A stretch of 64,000 nucleotides of DNA from Chlamydiota bacterium (GCA_003228815.1 QIGB01000011.1:174-64173); one strand, 5' to 3'. Shown: positions 53,638-63,368, numbered from the stretch's first letter. Translations and numbers: made by a program. The notes: generated from the sequence alone by a model not told the origin.

Positions 53638-55437
53638 TCAAACAGTCACATCTGCGCCGCAGCGGAAGCCATAGGTCCCGTTCATGACGCCAGGATTGTT
53701 GCGATGTCGATGGGAGCAGCGCATATCTTCTTTGAGGCTTTTCCAACAGCCTCCACGCAAGACTCGATATACACCTTGTGCAGGTCCTTTAGGATTTTCG
53801 GGCTCTTGCATAGAAGTCTCATAATAGTGGTACCCATACCAATCCAGACACCACTCATAAACATTACCGCTCAAATCATAGAGACCGTATACATTAGTAG
53901 GATAGCTCATCACAGCAGTGGTATCAGAGCTAAAGAAGTTTGCCTCTGAGCGCTCTAAATCATCGCCTGTTGGATATTGCACTCCTTCTCGACCTCCATA
54001 GGCAGCAATTTCCCATTCAGCTTCGGTAGGAAGACGTTTTCCAACCCATTTGGCATAGGCCATGGCGCCATACCAACTCACACCAACGACAGGATGTTTG
54101 CTATAACCCGATTCAATGACAAGTTTTCCACTATCTTTTCGAATGCGAGAATCTCTAAGGCGAATGATGTCATTGTTATTGGCATCTTTTTCTCCTCCCA
54201 TTGCCATCAAAAATCGGACAAATTGCTCATTTGTGACAGGATGAACATCGATAGCAAAAGATTTAAGATGTACCGCATGCCGCGGCATTTCATCACGCGC
54301 TCCATTATTACTTCCCCGAAGAAAAGTTGCCCCTTCAACGACAATCATTTCAGTCAAAAGAGGTTTAATCTCTTTCAACTCGGTCTTTTTAGGAGTGTAA
54401 ATGGCAACAGTTTTGTCCGTTTGAAAGACAGCCGCAGGATCCGGTTCATATTCGGGCCTTTTGATTTCTTGAGGCTGGATTTTCGGACGAAGACTTCTCT
54501 CTCCAGGCATCATTTCTTCCAGAATTTCGGATAAAAGTAGCGGCCTTTTCTCGGGATCAACATTGAGGCAGTGTTTGATGATTGCATCCCAATCTCTTTC
54601 TAATTCCAGGTTGCATTCAGAAGGCATGGGAAAAAATCCTTCTGGAAACTGTCCCACAAGCAGTCGATACAGCATAATGCCAAAAGAATAGATATCGGCT
54701 TTGACATCTGCATCTCGATTTGATCCGATTTGTCCTTTCTGCTCAGGGGCTAAGAAAGCGTAATATTGATAGAAAGAATCATGCAACATTTCAACATTTC
54801 CTTCCCCTTCTCCATACATCTCAAGAGACATGTCCCCCTCTTCAAAACCCGCTGCAAAGGCCATCATTTCCCATAGAATGCGATAACTGCGAGAGAGAAC
54901 AGCTCCCATTCCCACAATCCTTGAAAGCCCAAAATCACTCACCATGACTTCGAGCGCACCTTCCGTTTCTCGCAACAAGATATTATTCAATTTCAATCCT
55001 CGATGAGCCAAAGGTTCATCATGGATATTTTTTTGATGAGCATAATCAAGCGCTGCTGCGACCTGCTGTGCAATTTGATAAATCTCTTCTTCTGGAGGGC
55101 TTTTTTTCTTTTCGAGATAGTGGGCTAAATTCATTGTCTCCCCCTTGGTATTCAGAAGACAATCCGATACAAGAAAGAACCGCTTCCCATCGGAGGAAAC
55201 ATTGTGCAATTTGACAATATTTGGATGATCAAGTGTCCCTAAAAGGGCTACCTCTTTTTCAAAACGCTCGATAAAATTTTCGTGCTCTGAAAGCTCCCCA
55301 GGAAGAACCTTTAAAACATGATGCTTCTTGAGAAAACGATGCTTGGCAAGATAAACCTTCCCCATCATTCCCTGACCAATCTCTTTCAGCACGTCATAAT
55401 CCCCAAGAATTTGAGTCTGAATTCCTTGTGTTTTCAT
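53638..55437 (-). CDS. pkn1: Ser/Thr protein kinase fused to a C-terminal FGE-sulfatase (formylglycine-generating enzyme-like) domain, Pkn1-type
   Basis: Kinase motifs GQGMMGKVY, HVLKVL (Lys), HRGLKLNNILL, VSDFGLS, LAPE. C-terminal blocks HPVVGVSWYGAMAYAKWVGKRLPTEAEWE, RVLRGGCWKS and GFRC are typical of the FGE/SUMF1 fold. Confidence 0.85.
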   Translation of the reverse strand: MKTQGIQTQILGDYDVLKEIGQGMMGKVYLAKHRFLKKHHVLKVLPGELSEHENFIERFEKEVALLGTLDHPNIVKLHNVSSDGKRFFLVSDCLLNTKGETMNLAHYLEKKKSPPEEEIYQIAQQVAAALDYAHQKNIHDEPLAHRGLKLNNILLRETEGALEVMVSDFGLSRIVGMGAVLSRSYRILWEMMAFAAGFEEGDMSLEMYGEGEGNVEMLHDSFYQYYAFLAPEQKGQIGSNRDADVKADIYSFGIMLYRLLVGQFPEGFFPMPSECNLELERDWDAIIKHCLNVDPEKRPLLLSEILEEMMPGERSLRPKIQPQEIKRPEYEPDPAAVFQTDKTVAIYTPKKTELKEIKPLLTEMIVVEGATFLRGSNNGARDEMPRHAVHLKSFAIDVHPVTNEQFVRFLMAMGGEKDANNNDIIRLRDSRIRKDSGKLVIESGYSKHPVVGVSWYGAMAYAKWVGKRLPTEAEWEIAAYGGREGVQYPTGDDLERSEANFFSSDTTAVMSYPTNVYGLYDLSGNVYEWCLDWYGYHYYETSMQEPENPKGPAQGVYRVLRGGCWKSLKEDMRCSHRHRNNPGVMNGTYGFRCGADVTV

Positions 55438-55503
55438 GATCTATCTCCTTCTAAAATTGAATACTTTGATGGTGAACTTTTCATGGTTTTTTCTCAAGAG
55501 CAT

Positions 55504-55512
55504 TGGTATAAT
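55504..55512 (+). promoter_or_regulatory. Extended -10 promoter element for the 55541 CDS
   Basis: TGGTATAAT (TGnTATAAT consensus) 29 nt upstream of the ATG, with an AGGAGG Shine-Dalgarno between them. Confidence 0.4.
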
Positions 55513-55540
55513 AGATCTCCTATCTACCAGGAGGTAGAAA

Positions 55541-56233
55541 ATGGCATGGAAACGCTCTTCTGAAAAGCTCATCGAAAGGTTTACTGAATTTCTCAAAAAT
55601 TTTCCCGATGGGGAATTGCGCAAGACGTTTGGATATCCTTGCTGCTTTGTAAAAGGAAATATGTGTACAGGCCTGCATGAAGAAAACTGGATCGTAAGAC
55701 TTTCTGAAGAAGATCGCATGGAATTGATGAAAATCCATGGAGCCAAGCCCTTTGAACCGATGAAAGGAAGGATCATGCGCGAATATCTCGCGCTTCCCCC
55801 AGCTATTCAAAAAGAGACGAATAGAAATGACTTGGCACTTATCTGCCATTCCAAAGGAGGACTTGTCGGTTCTTATTTTGCGACCCACTTAGCAGAAACA
55901 AATACACGCATTACGGATGTGATCACCATTGGATCTCCCTTAGCCGGAACGCCTCTCGCCACTTTAGGCCCAGGATACGATGCCCACGAAATGAGAACTG
56001 ACTCCAAGTTTCATCAAGAGTTGCGTAAAAAAATGAAAGAGCGTCAAGAAATTCGATTCTCGCATATTGCTTCTGCGGTCGATGATATTGTCCCCCTATC
56101 TTCTGCTCTAGGGAAAAATCCGTCTCGGCAATTAGTATTGAACGATATGGGACATGTGGGCCTTCTCTTTTCTTCACGCGTTGCCAATCAGATTTGTCGC
56201 TGGTTATACCAATCCCACGAAATAAAGTCATAA
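55541..56233 (+). CDS. Chimeric ORF: TfoX_N-like domain fused to the C-terminal two-thirds of an alpha/beta hydrolase (lipase-like)
   Basis: Residues approx 1-95 resemble TfoX N-terminal domains (RKTFGYPCCFVKGNMCTGLHEENWIVRLSEEDR...). The rest carries CHSKGG (nucleophile elbow), DDIVP and GHVGLL, but no upstream oxyanion-hole strands. The last 9 codons lie in a repeat arm. Confidence 0.55.
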   Translation: MAWKRSSEKLIERFTEFLKNFPDGELRKTFGYPCCFVKGNMCTGLHEENWIVRLSEEDRMELMKIHGAKPFEPMKGRIMREYLALPPAIQKETNRNDLALICHSKGGLVGSYFATHLAETNTRITDVITIGSPLAGTPLATLGPGYDAHEMRTDSKFHQELRKKMKERQEIRFSHIASAVDDIVPLSSALGKNPSRQLVLNDMGHVGLLFSSRVANQICRWLYQSHEIKS

Positions 56234-56366
56234 AGAGCACAATAGATTTTGCCGAAATTCGAGCCTGGAGCTCGAAGGCAACTTCAAGAAGTTGTCGAGA
56301 GCGAAGGCGAAGAATTGCAGGCAAAAGATGTCTGCAATTTATGACTTTATTTCGTGGGATTGGTAT
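56206..56366. repeat. MITE-like hairpin element, family D (161 bp)
   Basis: Perfect 29-bp TIR ATACCAATCCCACGAAATAAAGTCATAAA (56206-56234 vs 56338-56366). The left arm encodes the C-terminus and stop of the 55541 CDS. Confidence 0.85.
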
Positions 56367-56382
56367 TACATGACTAAAAGAG

Positions 56383-58422
56383 TTATAAATTCTCGATGGC
56401 TTCTAAGATCTGATCCATATCGGTCATAGGTGGTTCACAATGCGTCCCCCGACAAATGTGAACGGTTGTTTTGCCATCCATACAATTTTGCTGAGCAATA
56501 TTGGGAAGATTGAGACTTTCATCGCCAGGATATTTCCAGACAATAAATGCATGAGGACAAAAAAGGCCTCCAAGTGCCTTCTTCAATTCCTTTTCATTGG
56601 TCCGATTTTCATCTAGGGCAATCACAACGAATGGGGCCTCTTTATCATAGTAGCGCTGCAAGGTAATGAGATGATAACAAGCTCCTGGAGGAAATGCTTC
56701 GATGAACGTTTTGGCTGCTTTTAAAATATCCTCAGCCTGGGCAAGGTATTTTTGTTCTTGGGTCAATTGATGAAGACGCAAAAGATTTTCACAATGCACA
56801 GCGTTGCCTGAAGGTTCTGCTCCGTCATAGAATTCACATTTGCGAATGAGTAAGTATTTGTCTTCCCTCGTCTGATAAAATGCACCATCCTCTGCTTTAA
56901 AATCTATTTCCAAAATATCTGTGAGCTCCCTCGCCCAGTGAAGATAAGAGGAGCCTGCCCCGACTTCAAAGAGTGTGAGAAGAGCACGGATCAAAAAGGC
57001 ATGGTCATCAAGTCCAGCTGCAAAACGAGCATCCCCTTCTCGATAGCGTCTGAGTAGTTTTCCATCTTTCCAGAGATTTTGCGCAATCCAATCGGCTGTC
57101 TTCTGCGCCGCTTCTAAATAAGGACCCTCTTGAAAACAAAATCCCGCGCGAGCCAACACATCGATCATCAGACCATTCCACGAGGTAATGATCTTATCAT
57201 CTTTAAAGGGCTTCGTTCTTTCTCTTCTTTTTACCAAAAGCTTCTCTTTCATCTTTTGGATGGTACTGTGCAATTTCTCTTCTTCTAATCCTACGATTGC
57301 TGCAAATTCTTTTGATTCTAGGGGGACATGGAGGACATTTTTTCCTTCAAAATTCCCTTCCTCGGTCACGCCAAAGTAACGACAGAATATGTCTCCATCT
57401 CCTGGCCCCAAGACTTCAAAAATCTCATCTTGCGTCCACAAATAGAATTTTCCTTCTAGCCCTTCTGAATCGGCATCCTCAGCGGAAAAGAAGCCCTCTC
57501 CCTGCAGTTCATTCAGCGCATAATCAAGAGTTTGTCTGCTAATCTGCCCAAAGAATGGTTTTTTGGTGTATTTGTACATTTCGAGATAGGTCTTTGCCAA
57601 AATCGCGTTGTCATAGAGCATTTTTTCAAAATGGGGAAGATGCCATTTCTCATCGATGCAGTACCTGGAAAAGCCGCCGCCAAGATGATCATAAATGCCA
57701 CCCCGAGCCATCATCTGCAAAGTCAGCTCAATGTAAAACAGCGATCGGCTATCTTTATTGGCTTTGGAATATTGCAACAGAAAATCGGCCTGATATCCCA
57801 AAGGAAATTTGGGCTCTCCTTTGATTCCTCCATAGACGGGATCGGCAATATCAAAGAGCATTTGCACTGCATTTTGCAGATCGTCTTCACTAGGAAGATC
57901 CATTCCAGTGGTTTTGGCCGACGTCTCGAAAAGTTCGACGATTTTATCTGCCTGCTCAGTGAGTAGCGCCCGTTCATCACTGTTCCAAAGCATTTGAATT
58001 TGTGTGACGAATTGATCCATTCCAATGAGTCCCTTATTCGCTCTGGAAGGAAGATAGGTCACCGCAAAAAAGGGTTTTAAATCTGGGGTAAGGACGAGAT
58101 TGAGCGGCCAACCTCCTGCAGAAGACATGAGCGCCTGAGCAAATTCCATGTAGATGCTATCTACTTCGGGATGTTCTTCGCGATCGACCTTAATGTTGAT
58201 GAAGGTATCATTCATGAGCTGGGCGATTTCAGAATTTTCGAAAGTCTCCTTTTCCATAACGTGACACCAATGACAAGTCGCATACCCAATCGAGAGAAAA
58301 ATGGGTTTGTCTTCGGTCCTTGCCTTTTCAAACGCTTCATCCCCCCAGGGATACCAGTCAACAGGGTTATCAGCGTGTTGTAAAAGATACGGAGATTTTT
58401 CATCTTTGAGACGATTCGTCAT
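56383..58422 (-). CDS. Thioredoxin-domain protein of the YyaL/DUF255 (SPATA20-like) family
   Basis: [55 protein letters not shown] is the family signature, followed by a six-hairpin glycosidase-like region. ATG 58422 overlaps the upstream stop (ATGA). Confidence 0.85.
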   Translation of the reverse strand: MTNRLKDEKSPYLLQHADNPVDWYPWGDEAFEKARTEDKPIFLSIGYATCHWCHVMEKETFENSEIAQLMNDTFINIKVDREEHPEVDSIYMEFAQALMSSAGGWPLNLVLTPDLKPFFAVTYLPSRANKGLIGMDQFVTQIQMLWNSDERALLTEQADKIVELFETSAKTTGMDLPSEDDLQNAVQMLFDIADPVYGGIKGEPKFPLGYQADFLLQYSKANKDSRSLFYIELTLQMMARGGIYDHLGGGFSRYCIDEKWHLPHFEKMLYDNAILAKTYLEMYKYTKKPFFGQISRQTLDYALNELQGEGFFSAEDADSEGLEGKFYLWTQDEIFEVLGPGDGDIFCRYFGVTEEGNFEGKNVLHVPLESKEFAAIVGLEEEKLHSTIQKMKEKLLVKRRERTKPFKDDKIITSWNGLMIDVLARAGFCFQEGPYLEAAQKTADWIAQNLWKDGKLLRRYREGDARFAAGLDDHAFLIRALLTLFEVGAGSSYLHWARELTDILEIDFKAEDGAFYQTREDKYLLIRKCEFYDGAEPSGNAVHCENLLRLHQLTQEQKYLAQAEDILKAAKTFIEAFPPGACYHLITLQRYYDKEAPFVVIALDENRTNEKELKKALGGLFCPHAFIVWKYPGDESLNLPNIAQQNCMDGKTTVHICRGTHCEPPMTDMDQILEAIENL

Positions 58423-58826
58423 AAAAGTCCTACTGCTTTGGCAAAATAATATGTAATCACAATGGCCGCAGCAATCCCCCCTGCCCAGAGGAGATTGGGA
58501 AGCCATTTCATCCCGCCGCTAAGACTCGAACGCATTTCTAAAGTCCCGATTCCATAGTTAAAATCGTGATGGAGTCCACGCATGCGAAACACCCTGGGAT
58601 ATTCCTTCATGATTCCCTCAACATCCAGCTGCAAAAAACTGGCATACTGTTTAATGAATCCCAAAGCATAAACCCCTGCAAGAAACTCGTTGATCGTGCC
58701 TTCCTCAATAGCCTGAATAAAGCTAGTTCGAATCGAAGTGGAATTTTCCACTTCTCTCAAAGTAAATTGCATTTCTTCTCGTTTCTTTCGAAATTTTTCC
58801 CCAAGCTCCTTTAATTCTCCGCTCAT
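58419..58826 (-). CDS. rodZ: RodZ-like helix-turn-helix membrane protein
   Basis: [36 protein letters not shown]...[14 protein letters not shown] matches the RodZ N-terminal HTH, and there is a C-terminal TM. Start set at ATG 58826. Confidence 0.7.
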   Translation of the reverse strand: MSGELKELGEKFRKKREEMQFTLREVENSTSIRTSFIQAIEEGTINEFLAGVYALGFIKQYASFLQLDVEGIMKEYPRVFRMRGLHHDFNYGIGTLEMRSSLSGGMKWLPNLLWAGGIAAAIVITYYFAKAVGLL

Positions 58827-58920
58827 ATTTTTCCCCTTTTCCAATCAAATTAAAGTATTCCTACTTTAATGATCTATCAATACTTGTCAATTTTTTCTCT
58901 TCGTGGGAGAATGGGGATCT

Positions 58921-59808
58921 ATGAATTCTTTCGTAACAAAAATCGACCTAGCTCTAGCTGAAAAAATCAAAACTGACCTTCTCGATCAGGGATTTGAATT
59001 TTCTACTCCCCCTTATACTGTCTTTTCCGCGAAAAAAAAGGGGGTCTCGTGCACCCTTTATACTTCGGGAAAACTGATGGTACAGGGAAAAGAAAAAAAT
59101 GATTTCATCACGTTTTATCTAGAACCAGAAATATTGAAAGAGCTCTCCTTTTCCTATCCAGAGAGTATGATTGACATGACTCCGCGCATTGGGATCGATG
59201 AAGCGGGAAAAGGCGATTTTTTTGGCCCCTTATGCGTTGCAGGCATCTTTGCAAATGAAGAGAGCTGCAAAAAACTCCTCGATATGGGTGTCCGTGATAG
59301 CAAGAGGATGAATGACAAAGCCATTATTACTCTAGCCTCAGAAATCAGAAGCATTTTCCCCCATAGCATTGTCCGACTCTTTCCCACCAAATACAATGAG
59401 CTCTATCAAAACTTCAAAAATCTCAATAGTCTTTTGGCTTGGGGCCATAGCACAGCCATTGAAGAATTAGTGAATGCGACCAACTGCAAAACGGTCATCA
59501 TCGATCAATTTGCAAGCGAGCATGTGGTGGAAAATGCTCTCAAAAGAAAAGGCCTAGAGTTATCTCTCACACAACGTCACTATGGAGAAGAAGACCCTGT
59601 CGTAGCTGGAGCTTCTCTTCTTGCCAGGGCAGCATTTGTGGAAGGAATCGAAAGCTTGAGTAAGATGATCGACATGCCGCTGCCAAAAGGGGCCAGTTCC
59701 GGGGTGATTGCTGCCGGGAAAAAAATCGTGCAAAAACATGGGAAAGAGATGCTGGAAAAGGTGGGAAAATTGCATTTCAAAACCTACGAGGCCATTCTCA
59801 ATGCTTAA
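58921..59808 (+). CDS. rnhC: Ribonuclease HIII
   Basis: N-terminal TBP-like domain (..CTLYTSGKLMVQGK), then the RNase HII/HIII core GIDEAGKGDFFGPLCVAG...DSK. Length and layout fit RNase HIII. Confidence 0.85.
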   Translation: MNSFVTKIDLALAEKIKTDLLDQGFEFSTPPYTVFSAKKKGVSCTLYTSGKLMVQGKEKNDFITFYLEPEILKELSFSYPESMIDMTPRIGIDEAGKGDFFGPLCVAGIFANEESCKKLLDMGVRDSKRMNDKAIITLASEIRSIFPHSIVRLFPTKYNELYQNFKNLNSLLAWGHSTAIEELVNATNCKTVIIDQFASEHVVENALKRKGLELSLTQRHYGEEDPVVAGASLLARAAFVEGIESLSKMIDMPLPKGASSGVIAAGKKIVQKHGKEMLEKVGKLHFKTYEAILNA

Positions 59809-61402
59809 AACCCTTATCTTGAAAAATCTCGTCCTCATCGAGAAGGCCGAAATCGATTTTGAGAAAGGATTTACAATCATCACCGGTGAGACGGGAGCAG
59901 GGAAAACAGCCCTGATCGAAGGGCTCCGCCTGATTTTAGGAGAGAGAGCCGATGCAAGCAAAGTTCGCAAAGGGTGTGAAAAGGCCTTCATCCAAGCCGC
60001 TTTTGCAATTACCCCCTCCCCTTCCCTTCATAAGCTTTTGGATCAAGCAGGTCTTTCCTTTTTAGAAGAAGAAGAAGAATTCATCCTCACAAGAGAAATT
60101 AGCGCCGCAGGAAAAAGTAGGGCCTATGCATGTGGACAAATGGTCGCCGCATCGTTTCTTCAGCAAATTGCCCCATATCTTATTGATTTTGTTGGGCAAC
60201 ATGCCCAGATCATTCTCAAAAATGCTGATCGGCAACGAGAACTCCTCGATCTCTACGCCGATGTAGATTTTTCTTCTTTTCTCAATTACTGGGAGACAGA
60301 AAAACAACTCCAGAGAGACCTTAAGAACTTACAGATAGAAAAAGCCCAAAGTGAGCAAAGACAAGAAGAGCTAGAAGAGCAAATTCAGGAACTTAAACGA
60401 GCAGATTTGAAAGAAGAAGAGGAAGAGAGCTCTCTTTTTGAAGAATATACCCTCCAAGCAAATGCGCAGGAGCTTTTGAGCAAATCTTCTCAAGCATTAG
60501 AAGGAATTGAAAAGGCGAGACAAAGCTCTGCATCTGTCCAAAATATTCTGCAAGAAATGGAGAAATTCACTTCGGAGTTAAAAGAGCCCCATAAAATCGC
60601 AAAGGAAGCCCAGATCTTCTTTGAAGAATTGCAGCTATCGCTCCAAAGCTTCTCTGCAAAGCTAGATATGAGCCCAGATCGCCTCATCTTTTTCGAAGAA
60701 AGACTAAAGACTCTCGATCACCTCAAGAAAAAATATGGTGAAAACCCACTTTTACGGCTCCAAGAGCTCGAAAAAGAGCTTGAAACAGCTGGAACCCTTG
60801 ATGAAAGAGAAGAGGCCCTAAAACAAGTCCTATTGACAGCGAAAGGGGATACGGCCAAAGCGACTCATCTTATCCATGAAAAACGGGCGATAGGGGCCCA
60901 AGATCTTCAGCAAAAACTGTCAATAGCCCTTAGAAAACTCAATATCGGAGCAGCAGAAGTACAAATCCATGTTTTGCCAACACAGAGAACCAAGACGGGA
61001 GAAGATGAAATCATCTTTTATCTTCGCGCCAATAAGGGAGAACAAATCACTGCTGTGAAAGAGAGTTCAAGTGGAGGAGAGCTTTCTCGACTGCTCTTTG
61101 TTCTAAAACTAGCTCTCGCAAATAAAAGCAAGCCCCCCACGATGATTTTCGATGAAATCGATGCCAACGTTGGAGGGAAGACGGCTACTCTCATTGGAGA
61201 AGAGTTGAAAGAATTAGGACAAAAACGACAAGTACTCTGCGTCACCCACTTTCCCCAAGTGGCCCGCCAGGGGGATCACCACATCTGCGTCTCGAAAAGA
61301 GAAAATCAAGAGCGGACAGAAGGACAAATCACAACGCTCTCAAAAAAAGAGCGTGAGCAGGAACTCCTCCGAATGCTTGGAGGAACTATGTCAGCAGTGT
61401 AA
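59801..61402 (+). CDS. recN: DNA repair protein RecN
   Basis: MLKTLILKNLVLIEKAEIDFEKGFTIITGETGAGKTALIEGL, a long coiled coil, and C-terminal SGGELSRLLF...FDEIDANVGG. The ATG overlaps the rnhC stop region. Confidence 0.9.
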   Translation: MLKTLILKNLVLIEKAEIDFEKGFTIITGETGAGKTALIEGLRLILGERADASKVRKGCEKAFIQAAFAITPSPSLHKLLDQAGLSFLEEEEEFILTREISAAGKSRAYACGQMVAASFLQQIAPYLIDFVGQHAQIILKNADRQRELLDLYADVDFSSFLNYWETEKQLQRDLKNLQIEKAQSEQRQEELEEQIQELKRADLKEEEEESSLFEEYTLQANAQELLSKSSQALEGIEKARQSSASVQNILQEMEKFTSELKEPHKIAKEAQIFFEELQLSLQSFSAKLDMSPDRLIFFEERLKTLDHLKKKYGENPLLRLQELEKELETAGTLDEREEALKQVLLTAKGDTAKATHLIHEKRAIGAQDLQQKLSIALRKLNIGAAEVQIHVLPTQRTKTGEDEIIFYLRANKGEQITAVKESSSGGELSRLLFVLKLALANKSKPPTMIFDEIDANVGGKTATLIGEELKELGQKRQVLCVTHFPQVARQGDHHICVSKRENQERTEGQITTLSKKEREQELLRMLGGTMSAV

Positions 61403-61403
61403 A

Positions 61404-61631
61404 TTATTGACAGCTGTCGTGTTCGCCGTCAGAAGGTTTAGACTCCCTATCGCCTTTATACATAGAATCCTGACCATTCTGATAACGACCTTGCTTCTGC
61501 TCTTTGCCGTTGACCTTGCCATTTCTTTGGCCGTTCTTCATTACGGCATTGTCATTTTTCCCACATCCTGTCATCACAGCTAGTGATCCAACGATGGTAG
61601 CTAAAACTAACCTTTGCAAATCCTTTTTCAT
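61404..61631 (-). CDS. Small lipoprotein (75 aa)
   Basis: Signal peptide with lipobox LAVMTGC, followed by a Gly/Asn/Lys/Gln-rich disordered tail. Its stop lies 1 nt from the recN stop (convergent). Confidence 0.55.
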   Translation of the reverse strand: MKKDLQRLVLATIVGSLAVMTGCGKNDNAVMKNGQRNGKVNGKEQKQGRYQNGQDSMYKGDRESKPSDGEHDSCQ

Positions 61632-61640
61632 CTTTCTACC

Positions 61641-62213
61641 TTACTTGTTAAACTTAAATGAATCGACGAAGTAGTTGTATCCCCCTTCGTCATAATTTTG
61701 TACCTCACACTCCATTGCCATCAAAAAGAGTTGATTCTTGACCATGATTGCCCTTCCTTTGAAATAGATCCCTCCAGTACGGATAAAGAAATCAAGTGCT
61801 GGCTTACCATCTACGAGGAGCATATCGGCAAAAAGGAGCTGATTACCGGGATTATTTGCGAGAATCCCATTCAAAAAACCCTCAAGAGATGCCTGAGCAA
61901 GCGATTGGTCAACAAATTCAGGATACTCAGCAATCAAGAGCATATAAACACTTTTTTTATCTTGGCTCGAGATGTAGGCATCGTATTTCAGATCATATCC
62001 CTCGTCAGGAACATTCATTTTTTCAGAGATATGTTCAGGACTTTCTGGAAATTTCAGTGTGCATTTTCCGACAACGGAATGGAATTCCTTCCATTCAACA
62101 TTTTTGACAATTGTGATTTCAGACTCTTCATAGGACTGCTGCAGGTCTGCCTTTGCAGGAATAAATGGAGCACAAAGCGCCGCCAGTGAAAACATCATTA
62201 GTCCCTTCTTCAT
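61641..62213 (-). CDS. Secreted hypothetical protein (190 aa)
   Basis: Start at ATG 62213 (AGGGGAAG upstream) gives signal peptide MKKGLMMFSLAALCAPFIPAKA. The track ORF start at 62318 is an extension overlapping the upstream gene. Confidence 0.6.
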   Translation of the reverse strand: MKKGLMMFSLAALCAPFIPAKADLQQSYEESEITIVKNVEWKEFHSVVGKCTLKFPESPEHISEKMNVPDEGYDLKYDAYISSQDKKSVYMLLIAEYPEFVDQSLAQASLEGFLNGILANNPGNQLLFADMLLVDGKPALDFFIRTGGIYFKGRAIMVKNQLFLMAMECEVQNYDEGGYNYFVDSFKFNK

Positions 62214-62253
62214 ATTGTTCTTCCCCTTTTTAAAACAGTATATTAGTTCTTTA

Positions 62254-62898
62254 TTATGCTCCAAGCATCCCATTGCCAACCCAAAAGAGCCATGTAACAG
62301 CCCAAATGAGAATTCCAATCATGAAGAATGGAATTAAGACATTGAGAACCCCTTTCCAAGCGGAAAATCCCTGAACTTCCCCAAGGCCTTTAACAAGAAT
62401 GATAAAGGACCAAATCGCAATCACAGATTGTACAAAAAGCGCTCCAGTAAGAAGCATCTGCTCTTCTCCAGCAAATTTCATTTCATCGAATTCACCCAGA
62501 AATAGCTTATCTTTGAAGTTATAAATGAGAATTGCCCAGATGATGATTGCTACGATATTGGGTACATTGGACCAGGAAACAGCAGCTCGTACTGGATAAT
62601 AGCTCGCTTTTCCTCCGATCCACTTTCCTGTCCAGTAAGTCAGACCGCTAGCGATTGTGAGTCCGAGCATCCCCACGAATGTAGCGAGTACAAGAGCGGC
62701 AATCACAATCCCAACGGTGGTGAAAGTTTCTCCCGTTGAGAGGTTTTGCGCCATATGCAGGAGCATTGGAAGTCCGTAAAGAAAAGAGAGGATCACGAAC
62801 CGGTATTTCGGATCGAATTTGGTAATATTGCTGATCGTCTCTCTTGGTTTTATCCAAATGTGCGTCCATGGATTCACTCCTAAGGTTTTTTTTGCCAT
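62254..62898 (-). CDS. Yip1-domain integral membrane protein
   Basis: Five TM segments after the conserved N-terminal block NPWTHIWIKPRETI..I.....Y.F..L....G, as in YIP1-family/DUF1282-type proteins. Confidence 0.6.
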   Translation of the reverse strand: MAKKTLGVNPWTHIWIKPRETISNITKFDPKYRFVILSFLYGLPMLLHMAQNLSTGETFTTVGIVIAALVLATFVGMLGLTIASGLTYWTGKWIGGKASYYPVRAAVSWSNVPNIVAIIIWAILIYNFKDKLFLGEFDEMKFAGEEQMLLTGALFVQSVIAIWSFIILVKGLGEVQGFSAWKGVLNVLIPFFMIGILIWAVTWLFWVGNGMLGA

Positions 62899-63074
62899 TG
62901 CAAGCCTCCGAAACTCTACCTCTAGTTAAATTTATTCTATATCGAACAATTTAACTGTTCAAGACAATTAGCAATAAAAAACACTCGAATAATGTAATCA
63001 ACTTAAAACAAATCAGATTGAATGAAATTTAAGAATAGAAATATTAAGACTCGATCAAGAAAACGCCTATGGGA

Positions 63075-63368
63075 CTATTCGTCTTCTCGGTCAATAGCTG
63101 GGATATAACAGATGTCTTCTTCATCTTCCTCATCCTCATCTTCGACAATCTCCTGCTCTGTCGAATATGTGGAAGTGAAGAAGTTGAGGGGATGAGCGAG
63201 GAGTATAACTGGAAAAATCCACATGAGAATACTATACACAATACATGAGCAGAGAATCAATGAATCCTTGAGCAAAAAAATGAACCACCCGCTTCGCTCG
63301 AGATCGCAGAGAACACAGAGGAGATTCTCTCTTTGGTCTCTGTGCGCACTTTTAGGATGCCGCAACAT
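63075..63368 (-). CDS. Hypothetical small membrane protein with an acidic C-terminal tail (97 aa)
   Basis: Two hydrophobic segments then EIVEDEDEEDEEDI. Its start overlaps the 3' end of the C58-like gene by 17 nt. Weak support. Confidence 0.35.
   Translation of the reverse strand: MLRHPKSAHRDQRENLLCVLCDLERSGWFIFLLKDSLILCSCIVYSILMWIFPVILLAHPLNFFTSTYSTEQEIVEDEDEEDEEDICYIPAIDREDE

Noticed and set aside
63044-63241. 65-aa ORF overlapping the 63075-63368 ORF in another frame
   Set aside because: It is fully nested in another weak ORF, with no signals. Even the 97-aa ORF is reported only at low confidence.
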